Below, piece after piece: positions 51,980 to 61,802 of a stretch of 64,000 nucleotides of DNA (its first letter is position 1; every line of letters starts with the position of its first letter). Below the pieces are notes generated by a model. It ran no database searches, had not been told where the DNA came from, and saw only the letters and a program-made list of their open reading frames with translations. The translations under genes were made by a program, and so were the position numbers. Origin of the DNA: Saprospiraceae bacterium (GTDB taxonomy: Bacteria > Bacteroidota > Bacteroidia > Chitinophagales > Saprospiraceae); NCBI GenBank assembly GCA_016719855.1, contig JADJYH010000014.1, forward strand, positions 45,949 through 109,948, read 5' to 3'.

Positions 51980-53117
51980 TTGCCAAAATGATTAATTGGC
52001 TGGCGATGTCCAAGGCATCCAACTTTTGCACTTCCAATGGTATCGTTTCCGAAAAATTGCCTTGTCCGGTCGAGTGAGAGTAGGTCTTGTCGTAGTAATT
52101 CAGGGCGACGGCGGTTGCCGCTTCCACCTTGCCATCTTCAAATGCTTCGAGGGCTTCCTTCACGTTGTTGCCGCCCATTCGTTTGGTGATTTTCACCAGT
52201 GATTCTATCAATTCTTCCTTCGGAAAAGTGGCGTACCCTTCCACCAGGTGCCGAATCCGCTCGTCAAATGACACCTCCAGCAGCACGATTGGTGCTGCCT
52301 TGAACTGCTCAAAAAACCCTGCGGGAATGGCTACCCGGCCAATGCTTCGGCTTTCGTTTTCCACCCAGATTCGGCGTTGGTGGTCCATCTTTTCCAACTC
52401 AGCGAACAGGTTGTTTTCAAATTGCTCGACCCTCGGCTGTGGCTCCTCGCCCAATGCCCCGAAGGCAGAACCCTTGTGGTTGGCCAGTTTTTCGAGGTCA
52501 ATGACCTGCTCCCCGAGTGCGGCGAGCTGCTTCAAGATTTCCGTTTTGCCGCTTCCGGTCTTGCCGCCCAGCACCACGAACTTGCTTTTGCGAAGCGAAA
52601 AATGCTCCAGCACGTGATGTCTGTATGCCTTGTACCCGCCTTGCAAAACCTCCACATCGAAGCCTGCGAATGATAGCAGCGTGGCCAAGCTACCACTGCG
52701 TTGCCCTCCTCGCCAGCAGTGAATGGCGATTTTTTTCCCTGGAGCAAGTCGCATTGCCTCTCGCACGTACCATGACATTTTAGCGCCAGCAATGTCCAAG
52801 CCCCGCAAGAATGCCCGCTCCGGACTGACCTGTTTGTACAGCGTGCCCACCTCCGCCCGTTCCTCATCACTGAACAACGGCAGGTTGAGCGCACCTGGCA
52901 CGTGGCCTTGGGCATACTCGGCAGGGGTGCGCACGTCAAGCAGCACCCGGTCGGGTTCAAGCTGGAAAAGTTGAGTGGCGGTGATTCTTTTCAAAAGAAA
53001 AAATTGGTAAAAAGGTTGATTTTCAGGGCTGCGAAAGTAGGTATTTTGAGCACTTTTAGCAGGCTGAATAGTAAAAATATTGCGAAGCGAAATCCAAAAC
53101 CAAGCGTAAAACACCAT
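51963..53117 (-). CDS. mnmH: tRNA 2-selenouridine synthase (MnmH/SelU)
   Basis: Rhodanese domain with [10 protein letters not shown] and P-loop GGKTGSGKT. The true start is probably internal (for example the TTG at 52994), because the first ~40 residues of the track ORF look non-native. Confidence 0.88.
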   Translation of the reverse strand: MVFYAWFWISLRNIFTIQPAKSAQNTYFRSPENQPFYQFFLLKRITATQLFQLEPDRVLLDVRTPAEYAQGHVPGALNLPLFSDEERAEVGTLYKQVSPERAFLRGLDIAGAKMSWYVREAMRLAPGKKIAIHCWRGGQRSGSLATLLSFAGFDVEVLQGGYKAYRHHVLEHFSLRKSKFVVLGGKTGSGKTEILKQLAALGEQVIDLEKLANHKGSAFGALGEEPQPRVEQFENNLFAELEKMDHQRRIWVENESRSIGRVAIPAGFFEQFKAAPIVLLEVSFDERIRHLVEGYATFPKEELIESLVKITKRMGGNNVKEALEAFEDGKVEAATAVALNYYDKTYSHSTGQGNFSETIPLEVQKLDALDIASQLIILANEHGI

Positions 53118-53269
53118 AGGAATTCAATATTTTTGAGCGGGTGTCCAGCGATATTTTGCCTTCATGGATAAAAAATACCGCTTTATCGAATCGTTTTAAA
53201 GTTTCAAAAACCAAACCCCCAACTTCGAGCCTATTTTTAAGCGTAACTTTCGCAAAAATTTCTTCCGTC

Positions 53270-54529
53270 ATGCGCATCTTCCTTCGTGTATTTTCAGAAA
53301 GCGCCATGCAGGCATGGAGCCAGTTGTCTGGCAATAAACTGCGAAGTTTCCTGTCTCTCTTGGGCATCACCATCGGCATATTTTGCATCATCGCCATCCA
53401 GGCGGCAGTGAACTCCATGCAGGACAATGTTATGGGCAGCCTTGACAAATTGGGCGATGATGTGGTTTATGTGAGCAAAATGTCGTGGACAGAAGACCCG
53501 CACACCAACTACTGGAAGTACCAGCGCCGACCCAATATTGACTACCATGATTTTGAGGCAGTAAAAACCAAAGCCGAAACCGTGGGAGCGGCCTCACTTC
53601 ATGTTTTTATTGGCATGAAAACCTTGAAATACCGCTCCAACTCCGTTGAAGGTGCGTTTTGCGTCGCCGTCACTTACGACATGGACGAAATCTTCAGACC
53701 AGAGTACGAAAAAGGGCGGTATTACACTCCTGCGGAGTACCAGCAAGGTGCCAACAAGGTGCTCATTGGCTCAAAAGTGGCCGAGGAGTTGTTCGGTTCC
53801 ATAGAGCCAATTGGCAGGAAAATAAGGATGAGCGGCAGGGATATGGAGGTAATTGGCGTTTTCAAAAGGTCAGGAAAAGACCTGCTCAAGGTCATGGATT
53901 TTGACAATGGGGTTATCATTTCTTACGAACTCGGGAAGAAATTGGCCAACCTGAAAGTGGACAATCCATTCGGTGCATCACTTAACGTCAAGGCTGCCGA
54001 CGGCATTGACATTGAAAAAATGAAGGATGACCTGACCGGTACGCTCCGGCAAGAGCGTCACCTCAAGCCAAAGGAGGAAGACAATTTTTCGCTCAACACC
54101 ATGTCCATCATTGCCAAACTGCTCGGCAATGTCTTTGGCGTCCTGAATTTGGTAGGCCTCGTCATCGGCATGTTTGCGATAGTTGTAGGCATGGTGAGCG
54201 TGGCCAACATCATGTTCGTTTCGGTTAAAGAGCGCACGAACATCATCGGCATCAAAAAAGCACTGGGTGCAAGAAACGGGGTCATCCTTCTCGAATTCCT
54301 CATAGAATCTGTGATTTTGTGCATCGTTGGTGGCATCTTGGGGCTTGTTTTTGTCTATATCCTGCTGGCAGTTCTTGAAAAAAGTCTGCCCTTCCCGGTG
54401 TACCTCGACCTCGGAAATATTAGTTGGGGCATGTTAATCTCAATTATTGTCGGAATCCTGGCAGGGGTAATCCCCGCTATGCAAGCCTCCCGAATGGACC
54501 CAGTTGACGCCATGAGACAAGGTGCCTAA
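53270..54529 (+). CDS. ABC transporter permease (MacB/FtsX family)
   Basis: ATG at 53270 (MRIFLRVFSESAMQAWSQLSGNKLRSFLSLLGITIGIF). MacB-like periplasmic domain and C-terminal FtsX helices with IGIKKALGA. Confidence 0.88.
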   Translation: MRIFLRVFSESAMQAWSQLSGNKLRSFLSLLGITIGIFCIIAIQAAVNSMQDNVMGSLDKLGDDVVYVSKMSWTEDPHTNYWKYQRRPNIDYHDFEAVKTKAETVGAASLHVFIGMKTLKYRSNSVEGAFCVAVTYDMDEIFRPEYEKGRYYTPAEYQQGANKVLIGSKVAEELFGSIEPIGRKIRMSGRDMEVIGVFKRSGKDLLKVMDFDNGVIISYELGKKLANLKVDNPFGASLNVKAADGIDIEKMKDDLTGTLRQERHLKPKEEDNFSLNTMSIIAKLLGNVFGVLNLVGLVIGMFAIVVGMVSVANIMFVSVKERTNIIGIKKALGARNGVILLEFLIESVILCIVGGILGLVFVYILLAVLEKSLPFPVYLDLGNISWGMLISIIVGILAGVIPAMQASRMDPVDAMRQGA

Positions 54530-54531
54530 AA

Positions 54532-54624
54532 TTAGTTCGACAGTGGGCAATGGGCAGCCAACGCCGTTGTCCCATCCTCTGATTTTTGACTGCGCACTGC
54601 CAAACCGCCGAACTGTCGAACTAA
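54532..54624. repeat. long-range inverted repeat downstream of the permease gene (probable terminator structure)
   Basis: ttagttcgacagt (54532-54544) is the exact reverse complement of actgtcgaactaa (54612-54624). Inner partial pairing involves tgggcaatgggcag. Confidence 0.6.
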
Positions 54625-54629
54625 CTTAT

Positions 54630-54637
54630 TACTTTTG
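54630..54637 (+). promoter_or_regulatory. Bacteroidota-type -7 promoter box (TACTTTTG) for the riboswitch leader
   Basis: Matches TAnnTTTG, immediately upstream of the cobalamin riboswitch. Confidence 0.4.
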
Positions 54638-54639
54638 CA

Positions 54640-54905
54640 CCGCTACGGTGATTTGTGGCCCTGCCGCAAGTCTGAAAAGGGAATCCGGTGAAAATCCGGA
54701 GCAGTCCCCGCTGCTGTAAGTTCCATTGATTTTTTTTGGCAAAAGGCCACTGGATGGGATTGAGATATTGGGTTATTGAGTTATTGGGTTATTCGGGAAG
54801 CTGATTCGCCAGTGAATATCACAATAATTCAATAGCACAATCACCCAATCACAACCGGGAAGGCGCCAAAAAAAGGAACAAGTCAGAAGACCTGCCGTTG
54901 CGTAT
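54640..54905 (+). promoter_or_regulatory. cobalamin (B12) riboswitch with an enlarged internal hairpin
   Basis: Conserved blocks aaaagggaatccggtgaaaatccggagcagtccccgctgctgtaag (54675-54720), gccactgg (54745-54752), cgggaaggc (54856-54864) and the B12 box agtcagaagacctgcc (54881-54896). Located upstream of a TonB-dependent receptor. Confidence 0.88.
54756..54856 (+). repeat. tandem-repeat hairpin inserted in the riboswitch between the GCCACTGG and CGGGAAGGC blocks
   Basis: gggattgagatattgggttattgagttattgggttattc pairs imperfectly with gaatatcacaataattcaatagcacaatcacccaatcac. About 31 of 39 positions pair, counting G-U. Confidence 0.7.
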
Positions 54906-55045
54906 TTTCTCAATCGGGCTTTCGGAGGAAAAGCCGGGGAAGAAACGTCGCAACCCGTAGCCAACGGCTTGAAAATCAAGGCTTTACAGCCAATTTCGTT
55001 TCCTACCTGCCCATCCTTCTGCCAGCCCATCATTGGAGCGTTGTT

Positions 55046-56935
55046 TTGGCAAAATCCAAGTTTCCATTTTTGCTTTTCCCTTTGCTTTCGCAAATGCCTT
55101 CATTTGCCCAAAGTGACACGCTTGTGCTATTGCCAACAGTAGAGGTGAATGCCACTTCGCTTCGAAACGAACAGCCCGGTAGCTTCTGTGAAAAATGGTC
55201 GGATACAACCCTTTCTCGCCAAATTGGTCAAAGTGTCGCAGATTTTTTGCAGAACCAGACTGGTATTTATCTAAAAAGCTATGGTTCCGGCAGCCTCGCC
55301 ACTACCTCCATCCGGGGCGCAAGCTCCAGCCAGACGGCGGTGCTTTGGAACGGCTTCCAAGTGCAAAGCCCGATGCTTGGGCTGCTCGATTGGTCGTTGC
55401 TCCCCGCCAGTTTTTCTGATGAAATCAGCTTGCAGCATGGCGGCAACAGCGCCGTTTGGGGAAGCGGGGCCATCGGTGGCGCAGTTTTGATGGAAAATAG
55501 GCCAGATTTCGACACCAAAAAGCAAGTCAAAATGAGCACTGGGATTGGCAGCTTTGGTTGGTGGAGCGGAGAGGCCACTGCCAAATTTGCCAATAAAAAA
55601 TGGGCCACCGCCACCCGCATTTTTTATCAAAAAGCGAAAAACGACTTCATTTTTGAACCCTCGCCCGGCCTGCCCGACAAGCACCAAACAAACGCCGCAC
55701 AGTGGCAAGGTGGGCTGTTGCAGGAGTTTTATTGGCGCCCTTCCGGCAAACAACAGCTCGGATGGCAGACCTGGCTGCAACGGGCCTTCCGGGAAATACC
55801 ACCCACCACCACCCAAACCCGCAGCGAGGCAAACCAGTCCGACGAAGTGCTGCGCACAGCGTTGAATTGGAAACTCAACTACGGAAGAAATTCGATTCAG
55901 GTGAGGAGCGCCCTCTTCCGGGAAGCCATCAGATACCTAGATGGGCAAATTGGACTGAATGCACCCAGCCATTTCTGGACGAGCATCAGCGAAGCGGAAT
56001 GGCAGCGGTATTTTTCCGACAAAATCACGCTGCAAATCGCTGGCAATCAAACGTTTACAAAAGCATTCATCAAAAACTACCAAAGTGCTGCGGAGCGCCG
56101 CCAATCTGCCGTTTTTGCTTCGCTGCGCTTAACTCAAGGCCAGTGGAGCGCCCAGCTTGACGGGCGTTGCGAATTGGTGGATGGCAAACTGGTACCAATT
56201 ACGCCTTCGTTTGGCTTGGACCGGAATGTCCAAAACTGGCTGAAAATCGGCGCAAAAATCGGCCGAAACTACCGGCTGCCCACTCTCAACGACCTCCACT
56301 GGATACCCGGCGGCAACCCCGACCTACTTGCTGAATCGGGTTGGAGCGAAGAACTGAACGTCCATTTTTCATGGAAAAAAAAGCAGTCAGGTATTAGCTT
56401 TTCAACTTCCATTTTTAACCGAACCATTGAAAACTGGCTACGCTGGCACCCGACAGAGGTACAGCCGTTTTGGTCGGCATCGAACATCGCCGAGGTATGG
56501 AGCCGGGGCGTGGAGAACCGCCTGCACTGGGCTTTGCAGCATGGAAAATGGCATTTCAAAATGGATGCTGGCTACGATTACACCCGCTCCACCAACCAAA
56601 AAGTCATCAAAATCCCGAAAACCGAAGTCGGGCAACAACTGGACTATGTGCCTGAAAATCAAGGCTTTGTGGCTGGTGAAATCCAATTGAATGGCTTAGG
56701 ATTCAGTTATCGGCACCACTTCACAGGGTCGGTTCGGACGGACTTGGGGAGTTTGCCTAGGTTTCAAATCGGGACAGTTTTGATTGACTTTGAGCAGCCA
56801 ATCGGCGGATGGCCTACCCGCATTTTCTTTCAAATCGAAAACTGCTGGGATACCAATTACCGGGTCATCGAGCGCAGACCAATGCCAGGCAGAAACTTCA
56901 TAGTTGGCATGTCCACAATTTTTACAAAACACTGA
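55046..56935 (+). CDS. btuB: TonB-dependent receptor, riboswitch-controlled (BtuB-like cobalamin/corrinoid receptor)
   Basis: 629 aa. Signal peptide, TonB-box-like DTLVLLPTVEVNA, plug (SIRGASSSQTAVLWNG) and a 22-strand-type barrel. Preceded by the B12 riboswitch. Confidence 0.85.
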   Translation: MAKSKFPFLLFPLLSQMPSFAQSDTLVLLPTVEVNATSLRNEQPGSFCEKWSDTTLSRQIGQSVADFLQNQTGIYLKSYGSGSLATTSIRGASSSQTAVLWNGFQVQSPMLGLLDWSLLPASFSDEISLQHGGNSAVWGSGAIGGAVLMENRPDFDTKKQVKMSTGIGSFGWWSGEATAKFANKKWATATRIFYQKAKNDFIFEPSPGLPDKHQTNAAQWQGGLLQEFYWRPSGKQQLGWQTWLQRAFREIPPTTTQTRSEANQSDEVLRTALNWKLNYGRNSIQVRSALFREAIRYLDGQIGLNAPSHFWTSISEAEWQRYFSDKITLQIAGNQTFTKAFIKNYQSAAERRQSAVFASLRLTQGQWSAQLDGRCELVDGKLVPITPSFGLDRNVQNWLKIGAKIGRNYRLPTLNDLHWIPGGNPDLLAESGWSEELNVHFSWKKKQSGISFSTSIFNRTIENWLRWHPTEVQPFWSASNIAEVWSRGVENRLHWALQHGKWHFKMDAGYDYTRSTNQKVIKIPKTEVGQQLDYVPENQGFVAGEIQLNGLGFSYRHHFTGSVRTDLGSLPRFQIGTVLIDFEQPIGGWPTRIFFQIENCWDTNYRVIERRPMPGRNFIVGMSTIFTKH

Positions 56936-56966
56936 TAATCAATCATTTCAACTAAAAATAGCAAAC

Positions 56967-57935
56967 ATGAAATCACTCAACACCTTCATTTTCTTGATGT
57001 TCACTACCCTACTCACGGCACAAACGGTTGCCGATTTTGAAAACTTAAATGTAGCGGTTGGAAGTTTTGGCAACAACGCTGGTGCCACTAACATCTTCAA
57101 CAGTGGCAACGTTGGTCTGCCGAATTTCTATGATGCGACCTTTGATTCATGGTCAGGTTGGGCCATTTCCGCCACAACGGACGTAACAACGCCTGGCTAC
57201 CTGAACCAGTACAGCGCCATTGCCGGAGGCGGTGTGGGTGGTTCGGCCACCTATGCCGTAACCTATATTTACGGCAGCGAGGTGAGGAACCTGTCCGGCA
57301 ATGCCGTCGGTGGCGGGGTGATGGGGATGTACCTCACGAACACCACCTACGCTTACCTGAGCATGTTGGAGGGTGATGGCTTCGCCAAAAAATTCGGGGG
57401 CGAGAGCGGCAGTGACCCCGATTTTTTCAAAGTTACCGTCCGAAAGTACCTGAACGGGCAGCTTGGCACCGACAGCGTCGAGTTTTACCTCGCGGACTAC
57501 CGCTCCGCCAACAACAGCGAGGACTACATCGTGAACGACTGGACCTTTCTTGACTTGTCGCCGCTCGGCAACGTGGACTATCTGGAGTTCACCCTCAGTT
57601 CTTCAGATGTCGGAGATTTTGGCCTCAACACGCCAACCTATTTTTGTGTGGACGACGTGACGACGACCGACAAGCCATCAGCCAGCCACGAAGTAGATTC
57701 CAGTATTAAAATCGAAGCTTGGCCAAACCCGGTGACGGAGTTTTTGCAAATAACCTTGAATGAAAATGAAACCGCAACTGCTTGGTTGTCAAATGCTTAT
57801 GGTCAAAACGTTGCACAGCAGGAGATGCAGCCTGGCCAAAACCAAGTGGATGTTTCGGATTTAGCACCTGGCGTGTTTACTTTGCAAGTGGCATGCGGCG
57901 AACGTGTACATTCGCAGATTTTTATCAAAAAATAA
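56967..57935 (+). CDS. DUF4465-like protein with T9SS C-terminal sorting domain
   Basis: ATG at 56967 (MKSLNTFIFLMFTTLLTAQ). WSGWAISATTDVTTPGYLNQYSAIAGGG...YFCVDDV resembles DUF4465. The C-terminal IEAWPNPVTEFLQI...GVFTLQV is a Por-type CTD. Confidence 0.65.
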   Translation: MKSLNTFIFLMFTTLLTAQTVADFENLNVAVGSFGNNAGATNIFNSGNVGLPNFYDATFDSWSGWAISATTDVTTPGYLNQYSAIAGGGVGGSATYAVTYIYGSEVRNLSGNAVGGGVMGMYLTNTTYAYLSMLEGDGFAKKFGGESGSDPDFFKVTVRKYLNGQLGTDSVEFYLADYRSANNSEDYIVNDWTFLDLSPLGNVDYLEFTLSSSDVGDFGLNTPTYFCVDDVTTTDKPSASHEVDSSIKIEAWPNPVTEFLQITLNENETATAWLSNAYGQNVAQQEMQPGQNQVDVSDLAPGVFTLQVACGERVHSQIFIKK

Positions 57936-57937
57936 AG

Positions 57938-58603
57938 ATGGGAAAACCCACCTCCAGTATAAAAAAGTACCCACCTGCCCTTCGGAAAAAGGCAGCGGCC
58001 ATCGCCGAAATCCTCGATGAACTGTACCCGGAGACGCCGGTTCCGTTGCGGCACGAGGACAACTACACGTTGCTGGTGGCGGTGCTGCTCTCTGCTCAGT
58101 GTACCGATGTGCGGGTCAATCAGGTGACGCCAGCGTTGTTTGCCAAAGCCGACAATCCGAGTGACATGGTGAAGTTGGATGTTGAGGAAATCAAGGAAAT
58201 CATCAGGCCTTGTGGCCTCTCGCCCCGGAAGTCCCAGGCCATTTTTGACCTCTCGAATATTTTACTTGAAAAACATGGTGGTCGGGTACCTCAGGATTGG
58301 GCGGCGCTGGAAGCCCTGCCGGGCGTTGGACACAAAACCGCTTCGGTCGTGATGTCGCAGGGGTTTGGTGTTCCAGCCTTCCCCGTGGACACGCACATTC
58401 ATCGGCTGGCCGAACGCTGGGGACTTAGCGATGGTAAAAACGTGGAAAATACGGAGCGAGACTTGAAGGCGCTGTTCCCGGAAAACAGTTGGAACAAGCT
58501 GCATTTGCAAATCATTTTCTTTGGGCGTGAGCACTGCCCGGCTCGTGGTCACGACCCAGCTAAGTGTTTGATTTGCAGCAAGTTCGGCGTAAAAAATCGT
58601 TAA
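57938..58603 (+). CDS. nth: endonuclease III
   Basis: ATG at 57938. HhH motif LPGVGHKTASVV, catalytic-region DTHIHR and a C-terminal Cys cluster (HCPARGHDPAKCLIC). Confidence 0.9.
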   Translation: MGKPTSSIKKYPPALRKKAAAIAEILDELYPETPVPLRHEDNYTLLVAVLLSAQCTDVRVNQVTPALFAKADNPSDMVKLDVEEIKEIIRPCGLSPRKSQAIFDLSNILLEKHGGRVPQDWAALEALPGVGHKTASVVMSQGFGVPAFPVDTHIHRLAERWGLSDGKNVENTERDLKALFPENSWNKLHLQIIFFGREHCPARGHDPAKCLICSKFGVKNR

Positions 58604-58604
58604 A

Positions 58605-59212
58605 ATGAGCACAAGCAACTTGATTTTGGAAGCCTGTGTGGAGAAGAAAAATGTGGCGCAAATCGAATTGAGCTTTGCGGAGATTTGAGCGTTGGCGGCA
58701 TGACGCCTTCAGAAGAATTGACCCTCGACTGTGTTTCCGCCCTGAAAATTCCAATCATGGTGATGGTACGTCCTCGGGGCGGCAATTTCATTTACTCAGA
58801 TGCAGAAATTGCAGAGATGAAACGCTCGATTAAGTTCTTCAAAACAGCTGGTGTGGCAGGGGTGGTGTTTGGGATTTTGGATGAAAAAAATGAAGTGGAT
58901 TTGGGGAAAACGAGGGAACTGGCCGCATTTGCAAAGCCGCTATTGGTCACGTTTCACAAGGCGATTGACAATACACCAGACCCGGTCAAAGCCATTGCTT
59001 TGCTCACGCAAATTACTGATATTCAGCGTGTTCTGACATCTGGGAGCCATGATACTGCGCTTGAAGGAGCTATGGTTTTGCACAAGATGAAAGCAATTGC
59101 CAAGGGCAAAATCACTGTTTTGGCAGCAGGAAAAGTGACGAAGGATAACTTGAAGAAGGTACACGAGGCCGTTGGTACATCCGAGTACCATGGAAAACGG
59201 GTCGTTTTTTAG
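58605..59212 (+). pseudogene. cutC: copper homeostasis protein CutC, frameshifted near the N-terminus as given
   Basis: ATG at 58605 (MSTSNLILEACVE). The ORF 58685-59212 frame reads back as GANRIELCGDLSVGGMTPS. The break is at the A-run 58647-58651. Confidence 0.8.
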
Positions 59213-60393
59213 GTCAATCGTGAGACTGACCGACGGATGTTGGCAACGTTGATTAAAAGTAGTACGGTGCAGAATGCAAGCCCAATCATCCAAACAAGGA
59301 TGTCCAACCCGGGCTTGATTTCAAAACCTTGTTCCTCAAAGTAGCCAACTTGCCAATAGCGCAAGGCAAAAAGGGCAACAAACACCAAAAATAGAACCAC
59401 CCCAAATTGGATGGAAAACCGCTTTGATAATAACCCGCTGACTTGTGATGGATAGTGGCCGGTTTCGAGGAGCAGACGGATTTCTGGTCTGCTTTGCGCA
59501 ATCAACAATTGAAAATTCAGGGCAAAAACGAGCATGGAAAGTGCCAAAATCAGCAAGCCCATTGCCCAAAGTACGGAAAGCACCACTTTCAGCAAAACCC
59601 CAAACTGGCTTCCAATGAGCCTTCCGGCGCTGACTTCGTAATTTTTTTCTTTCAAAAATGACTGAAAATCTTTTGAAAGTGGGTTTTGCACCTTCAAAAT
59701 CAACCTTGAAGTTAACCCCGGCTCGCCGCCAAAATTGGCATTGGCCCAAGCCATGAAATCGGGTGGAACGAGTATTGAATTGATGCGATCGCTAAATCCG
59801 ACAATCTTTCCATTGAACGACTGCTTTCGGCCTTGGCCGCTAATGGTGATTTCCATGTTCAGTTTGCCAACCGTTGAAGGCGTAACCTGCGGTAGCCCTT
59901 GACTTGGAGCAAAGCCGAAATTGTAAAGCGCCAAATAGTCTCTAGAGATTAGCACAGGCACTTGGTTTTGACCTTCCGACCAGTGGAACGATGGCTCATT
60001 CACATCAAGAAACTCATTTGGCACGGTCTCAAAAAACAACTCGGTGTAAAAACCCAACATGTCACTGGAAGCTCCTGCCCGAAAATCATTTGCCGTAAAT
60101 TTCCCAACAGTCTCAATGAAAGGCTGCGACTTCAATTCCTCGATGTCAGTTTCAGTAAAGCCAGCTTTGACACCAAGCGTATTGAACAGGTTGACTTTCT
60201 TGTTGATTTGGACATATTGGTCACCTGGATTTGCATCCCCTCGAAGTAATTTTTGTACATCGAAATAGAACTGTAAGGTGCTCAAAAGCAGGAATAACCC
60301 GATGAAAGTGCCAAGGGCTGCGCCAAGTAGCAACCATTTGCTTTTGCCTTCCCAAAGGATTTTATTCAGAATTTTTTGCGTCTGGTTGACCAT
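59209..60393 (-). CDS. FtsX-like permease family membrane protein
   Basis: 394 aa. One N-terminal TM helix, a soluble domain of about 230 aa, then three C-terminal TM helices (FtsX topology). No adjacent ATPase gene. Confidence 0.55.
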   Translation of the reverse strand: MVNQTQKILNKILWEGKSKWLLLGAALGTFIGLFLLLSTLQFYFDVQKLLRGDANPGDQYVQINKKVNLFNTLGVKAGFTETDIEELKSQPFIETVGKFTANDFRAGASSDMLGFYTELFFETVPNEFLDVNEPSFHWSEGQNQVPVLISRDYLALYNFGFAPSQGLPQVTPSTVGKLNMEITISGQGRKQSFNGKIVGFSDRINSILVPPDFMAWANANFGGEPGLTSRLILKVQNPLSKDFQSFLKEKNYEVSAGRLIGSQFGVLLKVVLSVLWAMGLLILALSMLVFALNFQLLIAQSRPEIRLLLETGHYPSQVSGLLSKRFSIQFGVVLFLVFVALFALRYWQVGYFEEQGFEIKPGLDILVWMIGLAFCTVLLLINVANIRRSVSRLT

Positions 60394-60403
60394 TCTTCAA
60401 CTG

Positions 60404-60439
60404 AAAAAGGGCGATTAGCCTCAGCCAATCGCCCTTTTG
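60404..60439 (-). terminator. intrinsic terminator downstream of the tonB-like gene
   Basis: agggcgatt-agcctcagcc-aatcgccct, with an A5 run before it and a T4 run after it on the plus strand. Confidence 0.7.
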
Positions 60440-60459
60440 ATAGGTTATTGTTTGTAGAA

Positions 60460-61356
60460 TTATTCGAGTTTGTACTTCACAGGCAGGTTGAACTGTACCC
60501 GTACTGCACGACCCCGCTGCTTGCCTGGCTCCCACTTGGGCATCATCTTGACAACCCGAAGTGCTTCATCTCCACAGCCAGCACCGATGTCACGTACTAT
60601 TTCGGGCGCTGTGATGCTGCCATCCTTTTCAACGACAAACTTAACATACACCGTGCCTTCCACACCGTTTTCACGGGCTATCGGCGGATACTTGATGTTG
60701 CTGTAAATGAACTGAAGCATTTTGGTTTCAGCACATTTCTTCTTCTCGGCTTTATCTGAGACATTCTCACAGCCTGGGAAGGCCGGCTGGTCTTCCACGA
60801 CTTTGAAGATTTCTTCTTCCTCTTCTTTTGGAGGTGGCGGTGGTGGCGGTGGTGGCGGTGCAGCTTTTTCGATTACTGGGGGCGCAACCACCTGACTCTC
60901 TTCTTCAATTGATTGGTCTTGCTGAATCACCGTCTCCACAGAAATATCGTCGGGAACTTCCTGTATGACTGGAGGAGGAGGAGGTGGTGGTGGTGGCGGT
61001 GGTTCCGCAGTACGAGGCGTTTCCATTTCAATCTCCTCATCCAGCGTGCCGAGTAAACCCGATACATCAATAACCTTCTCGTATTGGGTCCAACTGAAGG
61101 CAAGAATCATAAGAATAACGGAAGCAAGAATACCGTAATTCTTGAAGGTGCCACCCAAGCTGAAGGTGTCCACCTCTGGGTATTTGTTGCGCCCTTCCAA
61201 AGGAGAACCGAAGGTAGTACCGGCATGTTTTGCGGTGAGATTGCTCTCAGAACGCTTCTTGTAAACACCCTTCACGATAATAATGAGGGCAACAGTCAGT
61301 ACCACAATCAGCATTGAAATGAGCACAACGAGTGATCCACTAACTTCGAAATCCAT
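60460..61356 (-). CDS. energy transducer TonB family protein
   Basis: N-terminal TM helix, two poly-Pro tracts (PPPPPPPPPPP) and a C-terminal TonB domain (YPPIARENGVEGTVYVKFVVEKDGSI). Confidence 0.85.
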   Translation of the reverse strand: MDFEVSGSLVVLISMLIVVLTVALIIIVKGVYKKRSESNLTAKHAGTTFGSPLEGRNKYPEVDTFSLGGTFKNYGILASVILMILAFSWTQYEKVIDVSGLLGTLDEEIEMETPRTAEPPPPPPPPPPPVIQEVPDDISVETVIQQDQSIEEESQVVAPPVIEKAAPPPPPPPPPPKEEEEEIFKVVEDQPAFPGCENVSDKAEKKKCAETKMLQFIYSNIKYPPIARENGVEGTVYVKFVVEKDGSITAPEIVRDIGAGCGDEALRVVKMMPKWEPGKQRGRAVRVQFNLPVKYKLE

Positions 61357-61361
61357 GTTGG

Positions 61362-61802
61362 TTATTTTTTAGTGAAGTAAAATGTAAATGCAAAATAACT
61401 TAGAATAGCGCCGGTAAAGTTAGCTAGCATATCCCAAACCTCGAAGAATCGGTTGGGAAAGAAAGCCCACTGAACAAATTCCATTGCTATCCCGAAACCA
61501 GTCACGAATAAGGTTGCCAAGATGGCATTCTTAGTTGTAAAGGTTTGTCGTTTAGCTAAAGCCCTAAATATCAGCCAATTGAGAATGCCGTAAACTACCA
61601 AGTGCCCCAATTTGTCGGGGGCAATGAACGTTCCTGGCATTTGAATACTTGGAATGGTCGAAAGCACGAAAATAATACATGCCCACAGACCTGCTGGGAT
61701 AAAAGGCTTCAATTCAAACAACTTATACTGCTTAGATGCAACTTCTTGACACTTTGGTGTAAGCGATTGATTTTTTCCAAAATCAGCCAACAAGTTCACC
61801 AT
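61362..61802 (-). CDS. VanZ family protein
   Basis: [14 protein letters not shown]...[21 protein letters not shown] fits VanZ. The start is uncertain: the track ORF reaches 61844 and overlaps the gcvH end. Confidence 0.65.
   Translation of the reverse strand: MVNLLADFGKNQSLTPKCQEVASKQYKLFELKPFIPAGLWACIIFVLSTIPSIQMPGTFIAPDKLGHLVVYGILNWLIFRALAKRQTFTTKNAILATLFVTGFGIAMEFVQWAFFPNRFFEVWDMLANFTGAILSYFAFTFYFTKK

Noticed and set aside
60820-61010. GGT/GGC-rich tandem DNA repeats (ggtggtggcggtgg…) on the plus strand.
   Set aside because: They encode the two poly-proline tracts of the minus-strand TonB protein. This is ordinary coding low complexity.
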